A stretch of 64,000 nt of DNA from an uncultured Actinomycetota bacterium (GTDB lineage: Bacteria; Actinomycetota; Acidimicrobiia; Acidimicrobiales; Microtrichaceae). The translations under genes were made by a program, and so were the position numbers. Below the pieces are notes generated by a model. That model was not told the DNA's origin. It made no database searches and worked only from the letters and a program-made list of their open reading frames with translations. Of this stretch, positions 33,046 to 43,733 are shown one piece after another. Position 1 is the stretch's first letter, and each line of letters starts with the position of its first letter. The stretch lies in contig CAVZCC010000001.1 of assembly GCA_963773765.1 (NCBI GenBank), positions 18,901 to 82,900 of the forward strand. The letters are read 5' to 3'.

Positions 33046-33360
33046 TCAGCGCCCGGAGTTGAGGTGGTCCAGCAGCTGGTGGTCGACGAGGTGGTCGTAC
33101 TCCGGGTGCCGCTCGATCCAGCCGGCGATGAACGGGCAGAGGGGGACGACCGGCTCGCCGATGCCCTCCATCTGTTCCATGGCACCGTGGGCCAGGGCTG
33201 AACCGACGCCGCGGCCTCCGAAGCGGGGGTCGACCTCGGTGTGCACGAAGAAGTACCGGCCGCCCTTGCGGACGTACTCGGCGAAGCCGGCCAGCTCCCC
33301 GTCGGAGCGGACGGCGAACCGGCGGAGCTCCGGCTCGTGGGTGACCACGGGATCGGTCAT
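33046..33360 (-). CDS. small GNAT-fold N-acetyltransferase-like protein (104 aa)
   Basis: MTDPVVTHEPELRRFAVRSDGELAGFAEYVRKGGRYFFVHTEVDPRFGGRGVGSALAHGAMEQME. Confidence 0.55.
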   Translation of the reverse strand: MTDPVVTHEPELRRFAVRSDGELAGFAEYVRKGGRYFFVHTEVDPRFGGRGVGSALAHGAMEQMEGIGEPVVPLCPFIAGWIERHPEYDHLVDHQLLDHLNSGR

Positions 33361-33375
33361 GTTCCTCCTCTGCCC

Positions 33376-34592
33376 TCAGGACTCGTCGAACACCATGATC
33401 GTGCCCGAGTAGTTGGCCACCCAGACCCGTCCGGTGGACCCGTCGTAGGCGATGCCGATGGGGTGGTGGCCCACCGGGATCTCCTGCAGCTCGGTCAGGT
33501 CGTCGGCGTCCAGCTTGGAGATCGTGTCGGAGTCGTAGTTCACGTTGTAGAGCGCGGTGCCGTCGGTGGAGATGGCCATGGACCTGGGCTGGCTGCCCAC
33601 CTGGACCTTCTTCACCACCGCGCCGCTGGCCGTGTCCACCTTGGACACGGACCCCTCCTTGTTGTTGGTGGTGTACAGGAACGCACCGTCGGGGCTGAGC
33701 ACCACGTGGCGGGGACCCAGGCCCACGTTCGTGATCCAGCTGACCGAGAAGTCGTCCAGGTCCACCCGGGCGACCTTGGAGTCGCCCATGAGCGCGACGT
33801 AGGCCGTGGCGCCGTCGGGAGAGATGGCGATGCCCCGTGGGTAGCGACCCATGGGGATGCGCCTGATCTCCTGTCCGGTGCGCGTGTCCGCGACGCTGAG
33901 GTCCCACGTGCACCAGTTGCTGGTGAGCACCAGCTCGTCGTCCGGCGTGACCGCCACGTACTTGGGGACGGCGCCCACGGGGACGACCTGGTTGATCTTC
34001 CAGTCCTCGGTGCTGATCCGGTACAGGTAGCTGGGCGGGACACCGCTCTCGGGCGTGCAGCTGTCCTTGCCCTCCCGGAACCCGGGCCCGTACATGGAGT
34101 AGTTGGAGACGTAGACCTGCGATCCGTCCGAGGTGAACGCGGCCTCCACCGGTGCCCCTTGGTACTCGCCCGGCTTGTCGATGCCGAAGTCACTGAGCCG
34201 GACGGTGTCGGGCACGGTCGCCACCAGTGCGCCGTCACCGTCGTAGGCCGTGACCGTGTGGGTGTACATCATGTTCTGGGCCGTCACCAGGCCCTGGTTG
34301 GACGCCACCACGGACTTGGGGGAGATGTCGCCCGAGATCGTCGTGAACTTCTGCATCCGCAGGGTGTCCGCCGGTGGCCGGGGCACGGCCGTGGTGGTCG
34401 GGGCGGTGGTGGTGGGATCCTCGCCGGTGTCCCCTCCGGGGTGTCCGCAGTGCTGGTGTCCGCAGTGCCGGTGTCCGCCTGCACCTCGGCCCGGACGTCG
34501 TCACCGCCGCGTTGTTCCCACAGGAACGTGCCCACGCCCATCGACAGCACCACACCGGCGACCAACGCCACGGTCCAGCGGGTCCGATCCAT
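33376..34592 (-). CDS. YVTN-family beta-propeller repeat protein with signal anchor and Thr/Pro-rich linker; one frame change in the linker (about 34380-34430)
   Basis: MDRTRWTVALVAGVVLSMGVGTF...ADTGTADTSTADTPEG (ORF 34284-34652 frame), then ...TTTAPTTTAVPRPPADTLRMQKFTTISGD... with YVTN repeats (ORF 33376-34386 frame). Confidence 0.5.
34427..34485. repeat. about four imperfect 15-nt tandem units (gtgtccgcagtgc-like) encoding Thr/Ala/Asp-rich linker repeats in the YVTN gene
   Basis: Seen directly in sequence. Confidence 0.6.
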
Positions 34593-34651
34593 CGGGCACA
34601 GCTTGGCATCCCGGCGTTCTGCGGCGGAATCAGCCCCCGGGGCCGGGCGCA

Positions 34652-34912
34652 CTACCCGCCGGAGAGGGCCTGCATCAGCGTGACCTCCTCGGTGCCCGTG
34701 AGCGGCGTCGCCAGGTCCCGGACCATGTCCGGGCCGACGAAGACCCGCATGTGCGGGCGGAGCCGGCCCTGTTCGTCCACGACCCGGAACCGCAGGCCCG
34801 GGAACTGCCGGTCCAGGTCCACGAGCACCTCTCCGACGGTGGAGCCCGTGGCGCTGACACGTGGCGCTCCGTCGGTGTACGAGCGCAGCGGCGTGGGGAT
34901 CCGCACGATCAC
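34652..34912 (-). CDS. MoaD/ThiS/CysO-family ubiquitin-like small protein ending in Gly-Gly (86 aa)
   Basis: MIVRIPTPLRSYTDGAPRVSATGSTVGEVLVDL...EEVTLMQALSGG stop; its start overlaps the stop of the upstream BNR-propeller gene. Confidence 0.6.
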   Translation of the reverse strand: MIVRIPTPLRSYTDGAPRVSATGSTVGEVLVDLDRQFPGLRFRVVDEQGRLRPHMRVFVGPDMVRDLATPLTGTEEVTLMQALSGG

Positions 34913-36057
34913 CGGATGTCCGGGAGCGGGTCGGCGTGCTCGACCGAGTAGATCTCCGGCAGGTGCTGCGCGACCCGTTCCCAGGACCGGCCTTCGTCAG
35001 CGCTGGCCCAGACCTCGCCGCTGGTGGTCCCGAAGTACACCCCGACCGAGGGCTCGGCGTCCACGGTCATGGCCTGGCGCTTCACGGTGAACCAGGCCCG
35101 CTCCGGCAGCCCGAGATCGCACCGTTCCCAGGATTCGCCCGCGTCCGCGGTGCGGTAGACGGCGGGACGGCCGTCGGGGCTGGTCCGGGGCCACACGTCG
35201 GTGCCGTCCATCGGGAAGACCCAGGCCGTGTCCGGGTCCCGGGGGTGGAGCTCCACGGGGAAGCCGATGTCGCCGACCTCGGCGGGCATGTTGTCCCCGA
35301 TGCGGACCCAGCGACCCTCCGGGCGTTCCATGCGGTAGATGCCGCAGTGGTTCTGCTGGTACAGGCGGTCGGGACGCTCGGGGTGGAGGCGCACGCAGTG
35401 GGGGTCGTGGCCGTAGTCCACCTCCTCCTCGGGGAGGAACGCGACGGCGCAGCCGGCGTTGAGCGGGGCCCACCCCGTGCCGCCGTCCGTGGTCTCGAAC
35501 ACGCCGCCGGAGGACAGCCCCAGGTACATGTGGGACGGGTCCCGGGGATCGATGTTGACCGAGTGGAGCATGGAGCCGTCGGGCGTGTTCTGCTCCGGCC
35601 ACTCCGCCCACGTGGTCCACATGGGGTGGTCGTTCCAGCCGTCCACCGGGTCCCAGGTCGCGCCCCCGTCGGCGCTGCGGAACAGGCCCTGGGGCGTGCC
35701 TCCGGCCCACCACACGCCGGGCTCTCCACCGTGTCCGGGGGAGAGCCAGAACACCGCGTCCAGGCTGCGCCCCAACGGCTCACCGGTGCGGAACGCGGGG
35801 GGTCGTGAGGACTCCGACCAGGTGCGTCCCAGGTCCTGGGACCGGAACACCGTCGGGCCGAGGTGGCCGGTGCGGGCGGCCATCAGCAGGGTGCGCCGGT
35901 CGCGGGGGTCCAGGACGACGTGCTGGGCCACGTGGCCCAGGAAGACCGGCTCGCCGAGCTCCCAGGTGGTCCGGGCCCGGTCGCCCCGAAGGATGAACAG
36001 GCCCTTGCGGGTCCCCACCAGCAGTACGGGGCCCTCGTGGTGGTCGGCGTCGGCCAT
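34909..36057 (-). CDS. cytoplasmic BNR/Asp-box repeat beta-propeller protein (sialidase-like fold, Ycf48-like)
   Basis: Five SxDxGxTW-type boxes (SQDLGRTW, SADGGATW, TTDGGTGW, TADAGESW, SADEGRSW); no signal peptide; GGAGGA located 6 nt upstream of the ATG. Confidence 0.6.
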   Translation of the reverse strand: MADADHHEGPVLLVGTRKGLFILRGDRARTTWELGEPVFLGHVAQHVVLDPRDRRTLLMAARTGHLGPTVFRSQDLGRTWSESSRPPAFRTGEPLGRSLDAVFWLSPGHGGEPGVWWAGGTPQGLFRSADGGATWDPVDGWNDHPMWTTWAEWPEQNTPDGSMLHSVNIDPRDPSHMYLGLSSGGVFETTDGGTGWAPLNAGCAVAFLPEEEVDYGHDPHCVRLHPERPDRLYQQNHCGIYRMERPEGRWVRIGDNMPAEVGDIGFPVELHPRDPDTAWVFPMDGTDVWPRTSPDGRPAVYRTADAGESWERCDLGLPERAWFTVKRQAMTVDAEPSVGVYFGTTSGEVWASADEGRSWERVAQHLPEIYSVEHADPLPDIR

Positions 36058-36222
36058 GGTGTGTCCTCCGGTCGGGGACGTGGTCGTCCGTGTCGGTGTG
36101 GGCGTTGACGGGGTAGGGACGACGGGTGGCCGCCCGAATCATCGGTCACCCACCCGTCAGGTCCACACCACCGTCCGTGCGGCCAGTCTTGCCGCCCCGC
36201 CACCCCGGAGGTCCGTCCGTTG

Positions 36223-36248
36223 CGTCACCAAGGGATCAGCCGACCGTC
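36223..36248 (+). promoter_or_regulatory. candidate ECF41-type promoter (CGTCACC-N15-CGTC) about 25 nt upstream of the ECF sigma start
   Basis: Resembles the reported ECF41 TGTCACA-N16-CGTC promoter consensus (recalled from memory); 5 of 7 matches in the -35 element. Confidence 0.25.
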
Positions 36249-36273
36249 AGGGGGTCCGCCTACCGTGGTGGGC

Positions 36274-37272
<999 letters not shown>

Positions 37273-37288
37273 CGGTACGGTCCCTCGC

Positions 37289-38836
37289 ATGGAGCCGCCG
37301 GTCGTGTCCGTGGTCGGGGGCGGTCCCGCCGGGCTGATGGCGGCGGAGCGCCTGGCGACCTTCGGGGCACGGGTCACGGTCCACGAACGGATGCCGTCGG
37401 TGGGCCGCAAGCTGCTGGTGGCCGGTCGTGGCGGGCTGAACCTGACCCACGACGAGCCACTCGACCAGTTCCTGGACCGGTACGGCCCGGCCCGGGCCCG
37501 ACTGGAGCGGGCGGTGCGGGCCTTCGGACCGGACCACCTCCGGGCCTGGTGCGACGGTCTGGGCCAACCGACGTTCGTGGGGTCCAGCCGGCGGGTGTTC
37601 CCGGAGTCGTTCCGGGCCACCGCCCTGCTGGCGGCGTGGCTGGAACGGCTGGAGGGCCTGGGAGTGCAGATCCAGGTCGGCCGGCGGTGGGAGGGCTGGG
37701 CGGGGGACCGCCTGGTCTTCGCGACCGACACCGGCGGCCGGGTGGAGGTGCACGCCGACGCGACGGTGCTGGCCCTGGGAGGGGCCAGTTGGCCCCGCAC
37801 CGGGTCCGACGGCGCGTGGGTTCCGGTGGTGGCCGGCGGCGGCGTCACCGTGCAGCCCCTCCGGCCCGCCAACTGCGGGTTCGTGGTCGGGTGGTCCGGG
37901 CACTTCACCAGCCGCTTCGCCGGCCGGCCGCTCAAGAACGTCCGGCTGACCGGTGGCGGGCGGTCCGTCCGGGGGGAGGCGCTCCTGACCGACGACGGGA
38001 TCGAGGGCACGGCCGTCTACGCGCTCTCGGCGGAGCTGCGCGACGCGATCGACCGGGACGGCTCCGCGACCCTCCTGGTCGACCTGCGCCCCGACGTCCC
38101 CGAGGCGGAGCTGGCCCGCCGCCTGGGCGACCGCCGCCCGAAGGAGTCCGGGTCCAGTTGGCTGCGACGAGCCGGTGGCCTCCGTCCGGTGGCCGTGGCC
38201 CTCCTGCGTGAGTGCGCCGGGGTCCGGCTGCCGGACGACCCCGCGGCCATGGCCCGGCTGGTCACCGGGTGCCCGGTCGTCCTGACCGCGGCGCAGCCGA
38301 TCGACCGGGCCATCTCCACCGCCGGCGGCGTGGCCCTGGAGGAGGTGGATGACGCCTTCATGCTCCGGCGCCGCCCCGGCACGTTCGTGGTCGGCGAGAT
38401 GCTCGACTGGGAGGCGCCCACCGGGGGGTACCTCCTGCAGGCCACGTTCAGCACCGCGGTGGCCGCGGCCGACGGTGCGTTGCGCTGGCTGGCCGGACGC
38501 GCCGCCGGCCACGCGGCCCCGTCCTACGATCCAGCGGTGGACGCACCCGAGACCGTGACCGATGCCATGGCCGTGCTGGAGGCCGACGGGTACCGGGGCG
38601 ACTTCACGCTCGAGGGTGAGGCCGTGCGGTGCCACGGCGGCGGGCACGTCGGGGACCGGGCCCAGTTCGAGGTGGAGCGGACCTACCGGTTCGAGGGCGA
38701 GTCGGACCCCGGCGACGAGGCCATCGTGCTGGGCGTGCACTGCACGTCGTGCGGATCACGGGGCATCGTGGTGTCCGCGTTCGGTCCCGACGCGGACCCC
38801 GAGCTGGTGGGTCTGGTCCGGCTGCTCGGCAGCTGA
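37289..38836 (+). CDS. HI0933/BaiN-like FAD flavoprotein with about 110-aa Cys-containing C-terminal extension
   Basis: VVGGGPAGLMAAERLA...; C-terminal extension has CHGGGH and CTSCGS. Confidence 0.6.
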   Translation: MEPPVVSVVGGGPAGLMAAERLATFGARVTVHERMPSVGRKLLVAGRGGLNLTHDEPLDQFLDRYGPARARLERAVRAFGPDHLRAWCDGLGQPTFVGSSRRVFPESFRATALLAAWLERLEGLGVQIQVGRRWEGWAGDRLVFATDTGGRVEVHADATVLALGGASWPRTGSDGAWVPVVAGGGVTVQPLRPANCGFVVGWSGHFTSRFAGRPLKNVRLTGGGRSVRGEALLTDDGIEGTAVYALSAELRDAIDRDGSATLLVDLRPDVPEAELARRLGDRRPKESGSSWLRRAGGLRPVAVALLRECAGVRLPDDPAAMARLVTGCPVVLTAAQPIDRAISTAGGVALEEVDDAFMLRRRPGTFVVGEMLDWEAPTGGYLLQATFSTAVAAADGALRWLAGRAAGHAAPSYDPAVDAPETVTDAMAVLEADGYRGDFTLEGEAVRCHGGGHVGDRAQFEVERTYRFEGESDPGDEAIVLGVHCTSCGSRGIVVSAFGPDADPELVGLVRLLGS

Positions 38837-38879
38837 GCCGCCGTGCTCGTGTCCGGCCGGCGCACCGGCCCGGGCGGGA

Positions 38880-40121
38880 TCAGCCCGCCCCGTCGGTGGC
38901 GGACCGGATGGCGGCCTCCACCACGGAGGCGATGGCCCGCTGCCCGTCCGGCGTGGGGTGGAACGGCGCCTGGCTGGCCGGGTCGTCGAACCACAGCACC
39001 GACAGGCCGTAGGTCCACGGGTCCTCGGTGCACCACTCGTGGCCGACCATCGTTGCGGAGATGTCCGCGATGCTCACCCCCTCCAGGCCGGTGACCGCCT
39101 CCTCGAGGGTGTCCTGGAGCCTGGCCTGCAGGCTCTGCAGGTAGGCCTGCTCCTCGCCGGACAACGGGTACACGTCCCAGCAGTCGCCGTCGAGGCCGGC
39201 CGGGAGCGGCCGGTGGTAGGTGGTGAAGATGATCTTCGGCACCTTGCCGTTGCCGAAGCGTGGGTCACGGCCACGGGCCTGGATGGCGGCGACGATCTCC
39301 CGGTAGTGCCGGGTCAGTTCCCCGCTGGTGACCGGTTGCCAGAAGAGCTGCTCGACCGGGGCACCCGGGTTGGCCGCGGTGCAGTAGCTGGACCCGACGT
39401 CGTCCAGCAGCGTGCGGTCACCGCGCTCCAGCTCCGCCGCCAGCGCGGGCGCCCGCGCCGCCAGCGCCCTGGCCACGGCTCCGACCGGGTCCGCCGCCGC
39501 GGCGAGGGCCTCCACCGCGAGGGACTCGCCGGTGGTGTAGCCGGACACGCAGTACCGGACGATGGTGGAGAACGCCACGTCGTCCGCGCCGAAGGTGAGC
39601 ACGACCACGTCCGGCTCCGCCCCGTCGTAGGCCGCGTTGAGCTGCTGGGCAGTGGCCCAGTCGCCGAACTGGGCCGGCTGCATGACGGTCTCACCGGTGG
39701 TCTGCTGGGAGGTGATCCCGTTCAGGTAGGTGGCACCGGTGCAGGCGAACGTGGCCAGGTCGGCTCCGAGCGCCGTGGTGGCGACATGGCCGTAGGCCGC
39801 CCCGTCCCGGTGGCAGAGCTGGTGGTCGCCCTCCCAACGGGGGTCCTCGGTGCCGCCGGTCCAGGAACTGCGGTCGGGGTCGGAGCGGTCGTACCCGTAG
39901 CGGTAGCCGTAGGCGATGCCCTCGCCGGCGGCGACCGAGTCGCCGATCACGACCACCGAGAGCCTCCCGTCCGGTGCCCGGGCCGGGAGCGAGGACCCCA
40001 CCTCGGTGGTCGGCGGGGCGGCGGGCACGGTGTCGTCGTTCGACGTGCAGGCCGCCGTCGCGGTGCCCAGCACCGCGACGGCCAGGGCGCCCAGCGCGTG
40101 CCGGGGGGTCCGTCGGCGCAT
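38880..40121 (-). CDS. SGNH/GDSL hydrolase lipoprotein
   Basis: MRRRTPRHALGALAVAVLGTATAAC (lipobox), VVIGDSVAAGEG (GDS motif block). Confidence 0.65.
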   Translation of the reverse strand: MRRRTPRHALGALAVAVLGTATAACTSNDDTVPAAPPTTEVGSSLPARAPDGRLSVVVIGDSVAAGEGIAYGYRYGYDRSDPDRSSWTGGTEDPRWEGDHQLCHRDGAAYGHVATTALGADLATFACTGATYLNGITSQQTTGETVMQPAQFGDWATAQQLNAAYDGAEPDVVVLTFGADDVAFSTIVRYCVSGYTTGESLAVEALAAAADPVGAVARALAARAPALAAELERGDRTLLDDVGSSYCTAANPGAPVEQLFWQPVTSGELTRHYREIVAAIQARGRDPRFGNGKVPKIIFTTYHRPLPAGLDGDCWDVYPLSGEEQAYLQSLQARLQDTLEEAVTGLEGVSIADISATMVGHEWCTEDPWTYGLSVLWFDDPASQAPFHPTPDGQRAIASVVEAAIRSATDGAG

Positions 40122-40147
40122 GGTCCGACGGTACCGCCGTGACGCGG

Positions 40148-40747
40148 TCAGGCGTCGGTGGCGGCGTCGATGCGCTTGCCGACGCCGCGCACCTGGAACG
40201 CCATCACGATCTCGGTGATGCCGCGGAACAGGGCGAAGAACCCGACCCAGATGAGGATCAGCGCGGCGCGCGCGGGGTAGTACTGCTGCGAGGCCCAGAA
40301 GCCGAGCATCAGCTCCAGGATGCCCACGACCAGTCCGAGCCACCAGATCTCGTTGGTGTGGCGGTCCAGGACGGCGCCGACGATCTGGAAGGTTCCGGCC
40401 AGGACCAGGATGAGCCCCAGCACCGACGCCAGTGCCCAGAACGCGTCCTGCGGGTTGATCCAGCAGTACAGGGCCGCTGCCAGCAACAGGACGCCGAAGA
40501 TCAGGTTGAGCCAGCGCCACCCGCTCCGGAGCAGGCTGAACACCAGGAGCTCGTTGACGGCGGCCATGGCGAACACCACGCCCAGGATCACACCCACGGT
40601 GCCGATCGACGTGGAGGTGAACCGCAGCACCACCAGTGCCACCAGCAGCCAGATGATCCCGGTGACCAGGAACAACCACCAGAGTCTGGTGGCCTCCCGG
40701 AAGGCCCGGGCGTCGACGATCACATCGGTCTCTTCGGTCATGGTCAT
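40148..40747 (-). CDS. HdeD/DUF308 family membrane protein
   Basis: 199-aa ORF, six hydrophobic helices; family call from memory. Confidence 0.5.
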   Translation of the reverse strand: MTMTEETDVIVDARAFREATRLWWLFLVTGIIWLLVALVVLRFTSTSIGTVGVILGVVFAMAAVNELLVFSLLRSGWRWLNLIFGVLLLAAALYCWINPQDAFWALASVLGLILVLAGTFQIVGAVLDRHTNEIWWLGLVVGILELMLGFWASQQYYPARAALILIWVGFFALFRGITEIVMAFQVRGVGKRIDAATDA

Positions 40748-40833
40748 GGGGACCCTCCTGACAGGCGGTGGCTGACTGCCGTGCAGTCAGACCCCCTCGG
40801 TGGGCGGCACGTTACCGACGGCCGGTGACGGGG

Positions 40834-42255
40834 TCAGGGATCCACGTGCTCCAGGCGGAGCGTGGTGTCCACCAGCAGGCGGAACCGGCCCCGGCCGGCC
40901 TTCTGCAGGCGGATGGGGGCTTCGCGCTCGTCGAGCCGGCGCCGGAGCAGGATCAGGCGGCTCTCCAGGTTGTCCCGGTACTCGGGGAGCTCCAGGGACG
41001 GGTCGAGCCGGACCTCCCTGTTGGTGAAGTCCACCCGGCCCTCCGCGTCGAACTGGCAGAGGAGGGACCAGAGGATCCGTCCGGCGACGCCCTTGATCAG
41101 GTAGTCGCCGTCCAGGAACGTGCTGCCGTCGGCGGGGAAGAAGCGGACCTGCGTCACCGATCCGGGAGCGGCCAGCGAGAGCGGCCGGGCGGGCGACGCG
41201 GCCTCTCGGGGCAGCGGCGCGGCCTCGCTCGGCCTCCACGGCGGCCCCGACGAGCGCAGCCACCACCCCCAGCGTCGTTTCGTCACGGTGACTGAACGCC
41301 ACCGGCCGGTCGCGTTCTGCGAACAACACCCCGACCACCTGCCCGAACGCGACCGCCGGCACCGCCACCTGGCTCCCGGCATCGGCCAGGCCCGGCAGGG
41401 CGATCACGCCGGTGACCTCCACGCCGGCATCGGCGGACCGGCGCTGCACGGTGCGGGAGTACTTGTCCATCTGGCGGATGTTGCCGACCCGCACGACGGT
41501 GCCCCGCTCCGCGGCCAGGCCGATCACCCCCATCCCCACCTCGACCTCGGACCCGATCCCCCCGTCCGGGTAGCCGTGGGCCGCCACGGTGTACAGGCTG
41601 GTGCCGGACTCGTCGGCGAGGAGCAGCAGGCTGTGCTCGTAGCCGAGGAGCTCCGCCAGCCCGTCGACGGCCAGCCCCACGAGTTGGTCCAGGTCGGCGC
41701 TCCGGGCCAGTCGGCCCGCCAGCTCGGCCACGGCGGCGACGCGGTCGGTGCCCGGGCGGTCGGTGCCCGGGCGGACGGCGCCGGGGGGGACGTCGGCGCC
41801 AGCGGTACCGGGCGGGTTCGCGGCGGCGCCACCACCCACCACACGTTCCAGGGACACGACGCGGTAGATGTCGGCGGCGCGCAGCCGGAAGACGTCCTCC
41901 ATACCGGACAACGCGGCCAGGGTGTCCACGTCGGTCCTCAGGCGCTCGAAGACCGGGCCGCGTCGTTCCGTGCGCTCGTAGGCCAGGGCCAGCCGGTACT
42001 CGTCGTAGGTGACGGGGTCGATCAGGAGCAGGTTGGCCCGCGGGTTCTCCGCCAGGTTCCGGGCGGTCTTGGAGAAGAACTGGTTGGACAGCGCCACCCG
42101 GTGGTCGTCCACCATGCGCACGCGCGACAGGTAGGTGACGTTGGGCGTCCCCCCGGCGGAGGACGTGGCGACCACCGCCGGCACCGCCCCCTCGAAGCAC
42201 TGGTGGATGTCCGCCAGCCGGAGGCCCGAGGGGTCCGGCCCGTCGTCGGTCACGC
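40834..42255 (-). CDS. one-component regulator: PNPOx-like (FMN/F420 split-barrel) domain + GAF domain + OmpR/SARP-type winged-helix DNA-binding domain; frame change near 41190; GTG start
   Basis: From GTG at about 42255: LRLADIHQCFEGAVPAVVATSSAGGTPNVTYLSRVRMVDDHRVALSNQFF (PNPOx-like), ...LLLADESGTSLYTVAAHGYPDGGIGSEVEVGMGVIGLAAERGTVVRVGNIRQ (GAF-like) (ORF 40787-42625 frame), then FFPADGSTFLDGDYLIKGVAGRILWSLLCQFDAEGRVDFTNREVRLD...SRLILLRRRLDE...IRLQKAGRGRFRLLV (trans_reg_C-like) in ORF 40834-41382 frame. Confidence 0.5.
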
Positions 42256-42618
42256 CGAGCCTCCGTCCGGCCCCACCGGCGCACCCGCTCCCGGGCCCGG
42301 CGTCTGGTCGAAGAGCTCCTCCATCTGGACCGTCACGGCCGTGAGGCCGGCCGGCACCAGCTTCTCCAGGAGGTCCACGGGGAACCCGTCGACCTCGTGG
42401 ATGGCGTCGAACATGGCCCGGCGGTAGCGGCCGGACACCCTGGCGTCCTCCGCCGTGGCCGGCTCCGTCCGGAGCACCCGGCCCTTGGCCTGCACCGACT
42501 GCAGGGTCCTGATGTCGGTCGCCGTGCAGGCGATGGGAGCTCCCGGCAGCACGGCACCGTCCAGGACGGGGTCCCCGGCGGGGACCAGGAGGCGGATGCG
42601 CCCGTCGTCGGAGGACAT
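42250..42618 (-). CDS. small PNPOx-like (pyridoxamine 5-prime-phosphate oxidase family) protein
   Basis: MSSDDGRIRLLVPAGDPVLDGAVLPGAPIACTATDIRTLQSVQAKGRVLRTEPATAEDARVSGRY...; its TGA overlaps the GTG of the downstream regulator (GTGA). Confidence 0.55.
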   Translation of the reverse strand: MSSDDGRIRLLVPAGDPVLDGAVLPGAPIACTATDIRTLQSVQAKGRVLRTEPATAEDARVSGRYRRAMFDAIHEVDGFPVDLLEKLVPAGLTAVTVQMEELFDQTPGPGAGAPVGPDGGSA

Positions 42619-42874
42619 CGTGCACCCCCAGCCGCGGCCCGCGTACGGCTCGCCGTCCGGCCCCGTGATCCCCACCAGCAGGGCGGACCCGCTCCTCAGG
42701 AGGTGCTGCGTTTGCGGACCGAGCTCCACCCCGTGCTCCCGTTGCCGACTTCGGAAGTTCTTAGCATTCGCTGCGGGGCCTTTGAGGAGCGGGGCGGACC
42801 GAACCGTCCGACGATGGCGAACGACCACGACGACGGCGGGCCGACAGCCGGACCCGCCCCACGGAAGGACCGAC

Positions 42875-43636
42875 ATGACCGACATCACGCTCCCCGCCGA
42901 AGCCTCCGACGTCGCCCCCGACGTCGCCGCACTGACCATCACCGGGATGCGCTCCCGGCCGGAGTTCGGCCTGGTCGCGGTGGACCTGTACCGGGACATC
43001 CACAAGGGCATCCGGGCCGAGCTGTTCTCCGTGACCGGTGAGAGCGGCTCGGTCGACCCCGGCGACCGGCTGGGACGGGCGGCCCTGGCCGCCCACGTCC
43101 GGGACGTCGTCGGACTCCTGGCCGACCACGCCGACCACGAGGACGCCCACATCCAGCCCGTCCTCGAACGCCACCTGCCCGAGCTGGCCGGGACCATCGG
43201 GACCGACCACGCCCGCCTGGAGGAACGGACCGGTTCGTTGGTGGAGGTCGCAGGACTGGTGGAGGCGGCCCGGCCTGCCGACCAGCGGGCGCTGGTGCAC
43301 CACCTGTACCGGGAGCTGGCCTCGTTCACCGGCGACTACCTGCGCCACCAGGACGTGGAGGAACGCGTGGTCATGCCCGCGCTGGAGTCCGCCGTCGGGG
43401 TGGAGGCCGTGCTGGGGATCCACCAGGCCATCGTCGGCTCGATCCCGCCGGAGCAGATGGCCGCCTCGCTCGCGGTCATGCTGCCGGCCATGAACCTGGA
43501 GGACCGGACCGACCTGTTGGGCGGCATGCAGGCCGGTGCACCGCCCGAGGTCTTCGCCGGGGTGTGGGGGCTGGCGGGCTCCGTGCTGGACCCGGCCGAC
43601 CTCCGGGCGCTCGGTCGCCGCCTGGGCCTGGACTGA
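42875..43636 (+). CDS. hemerythrin-like metal-binding domain protein
   Basis: MTDITLP...DLYRDIHKGIRAELF...DHEDAHIQPVLERHLPEL...; the preceding part of ORF 42455-43636 looks non-coding. Confidence 0.5.
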   Translation: MTDITLPAEASDVAPDVAALTITGMRSRPEFGLVAVDLYRDIHKGIRAELFSVTGESGSVDPGDRLGRAALAAHVRDVVGLLADHADHEDAHIQPVLERHLPELAGTIGTDHARLEERTGSLVEVAGLVEAARPADQRALVHHLYRELASFTGDYLRHQDVEERVVMPALESAVGVEAVLGIHQAIVGSIPPEQMAASLAVMLPAMNLEDRTDLLGGMQAGAPPEVFAGVWGLAGSVLDPADLRALGRRLGLD

Positions 43637-43733
43637 GGGCCCCGGGGGTGCGCCCGGGCCCGGGGCGGGGCACGGGTGCACCCGGCACGCGCCGCTACGG
43701 TGGCCACAGGACCGACCGGGGGTGCAGGCGACC

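Noticed and set aside
34427-34485. Idea that the tandem repeat in the YVTN linker mediates frameshift phase variation
   Set aside because: Repeat period is 15 nt (a multiple of 3), so slippage would not change frame; the frame change lies adjacent, not in a unit-count change.
40787-42625. 612-aa ORF and 53820-56438 872-aa ORF treated as single proteins
   Set aside because: Each fuses a real gene segment with antisense or out-of-frame sequence of the neighbour (PNPOx-GAF regulator; adenylate cyclase versus GH5). They are split according to motif content and plausible start codons.
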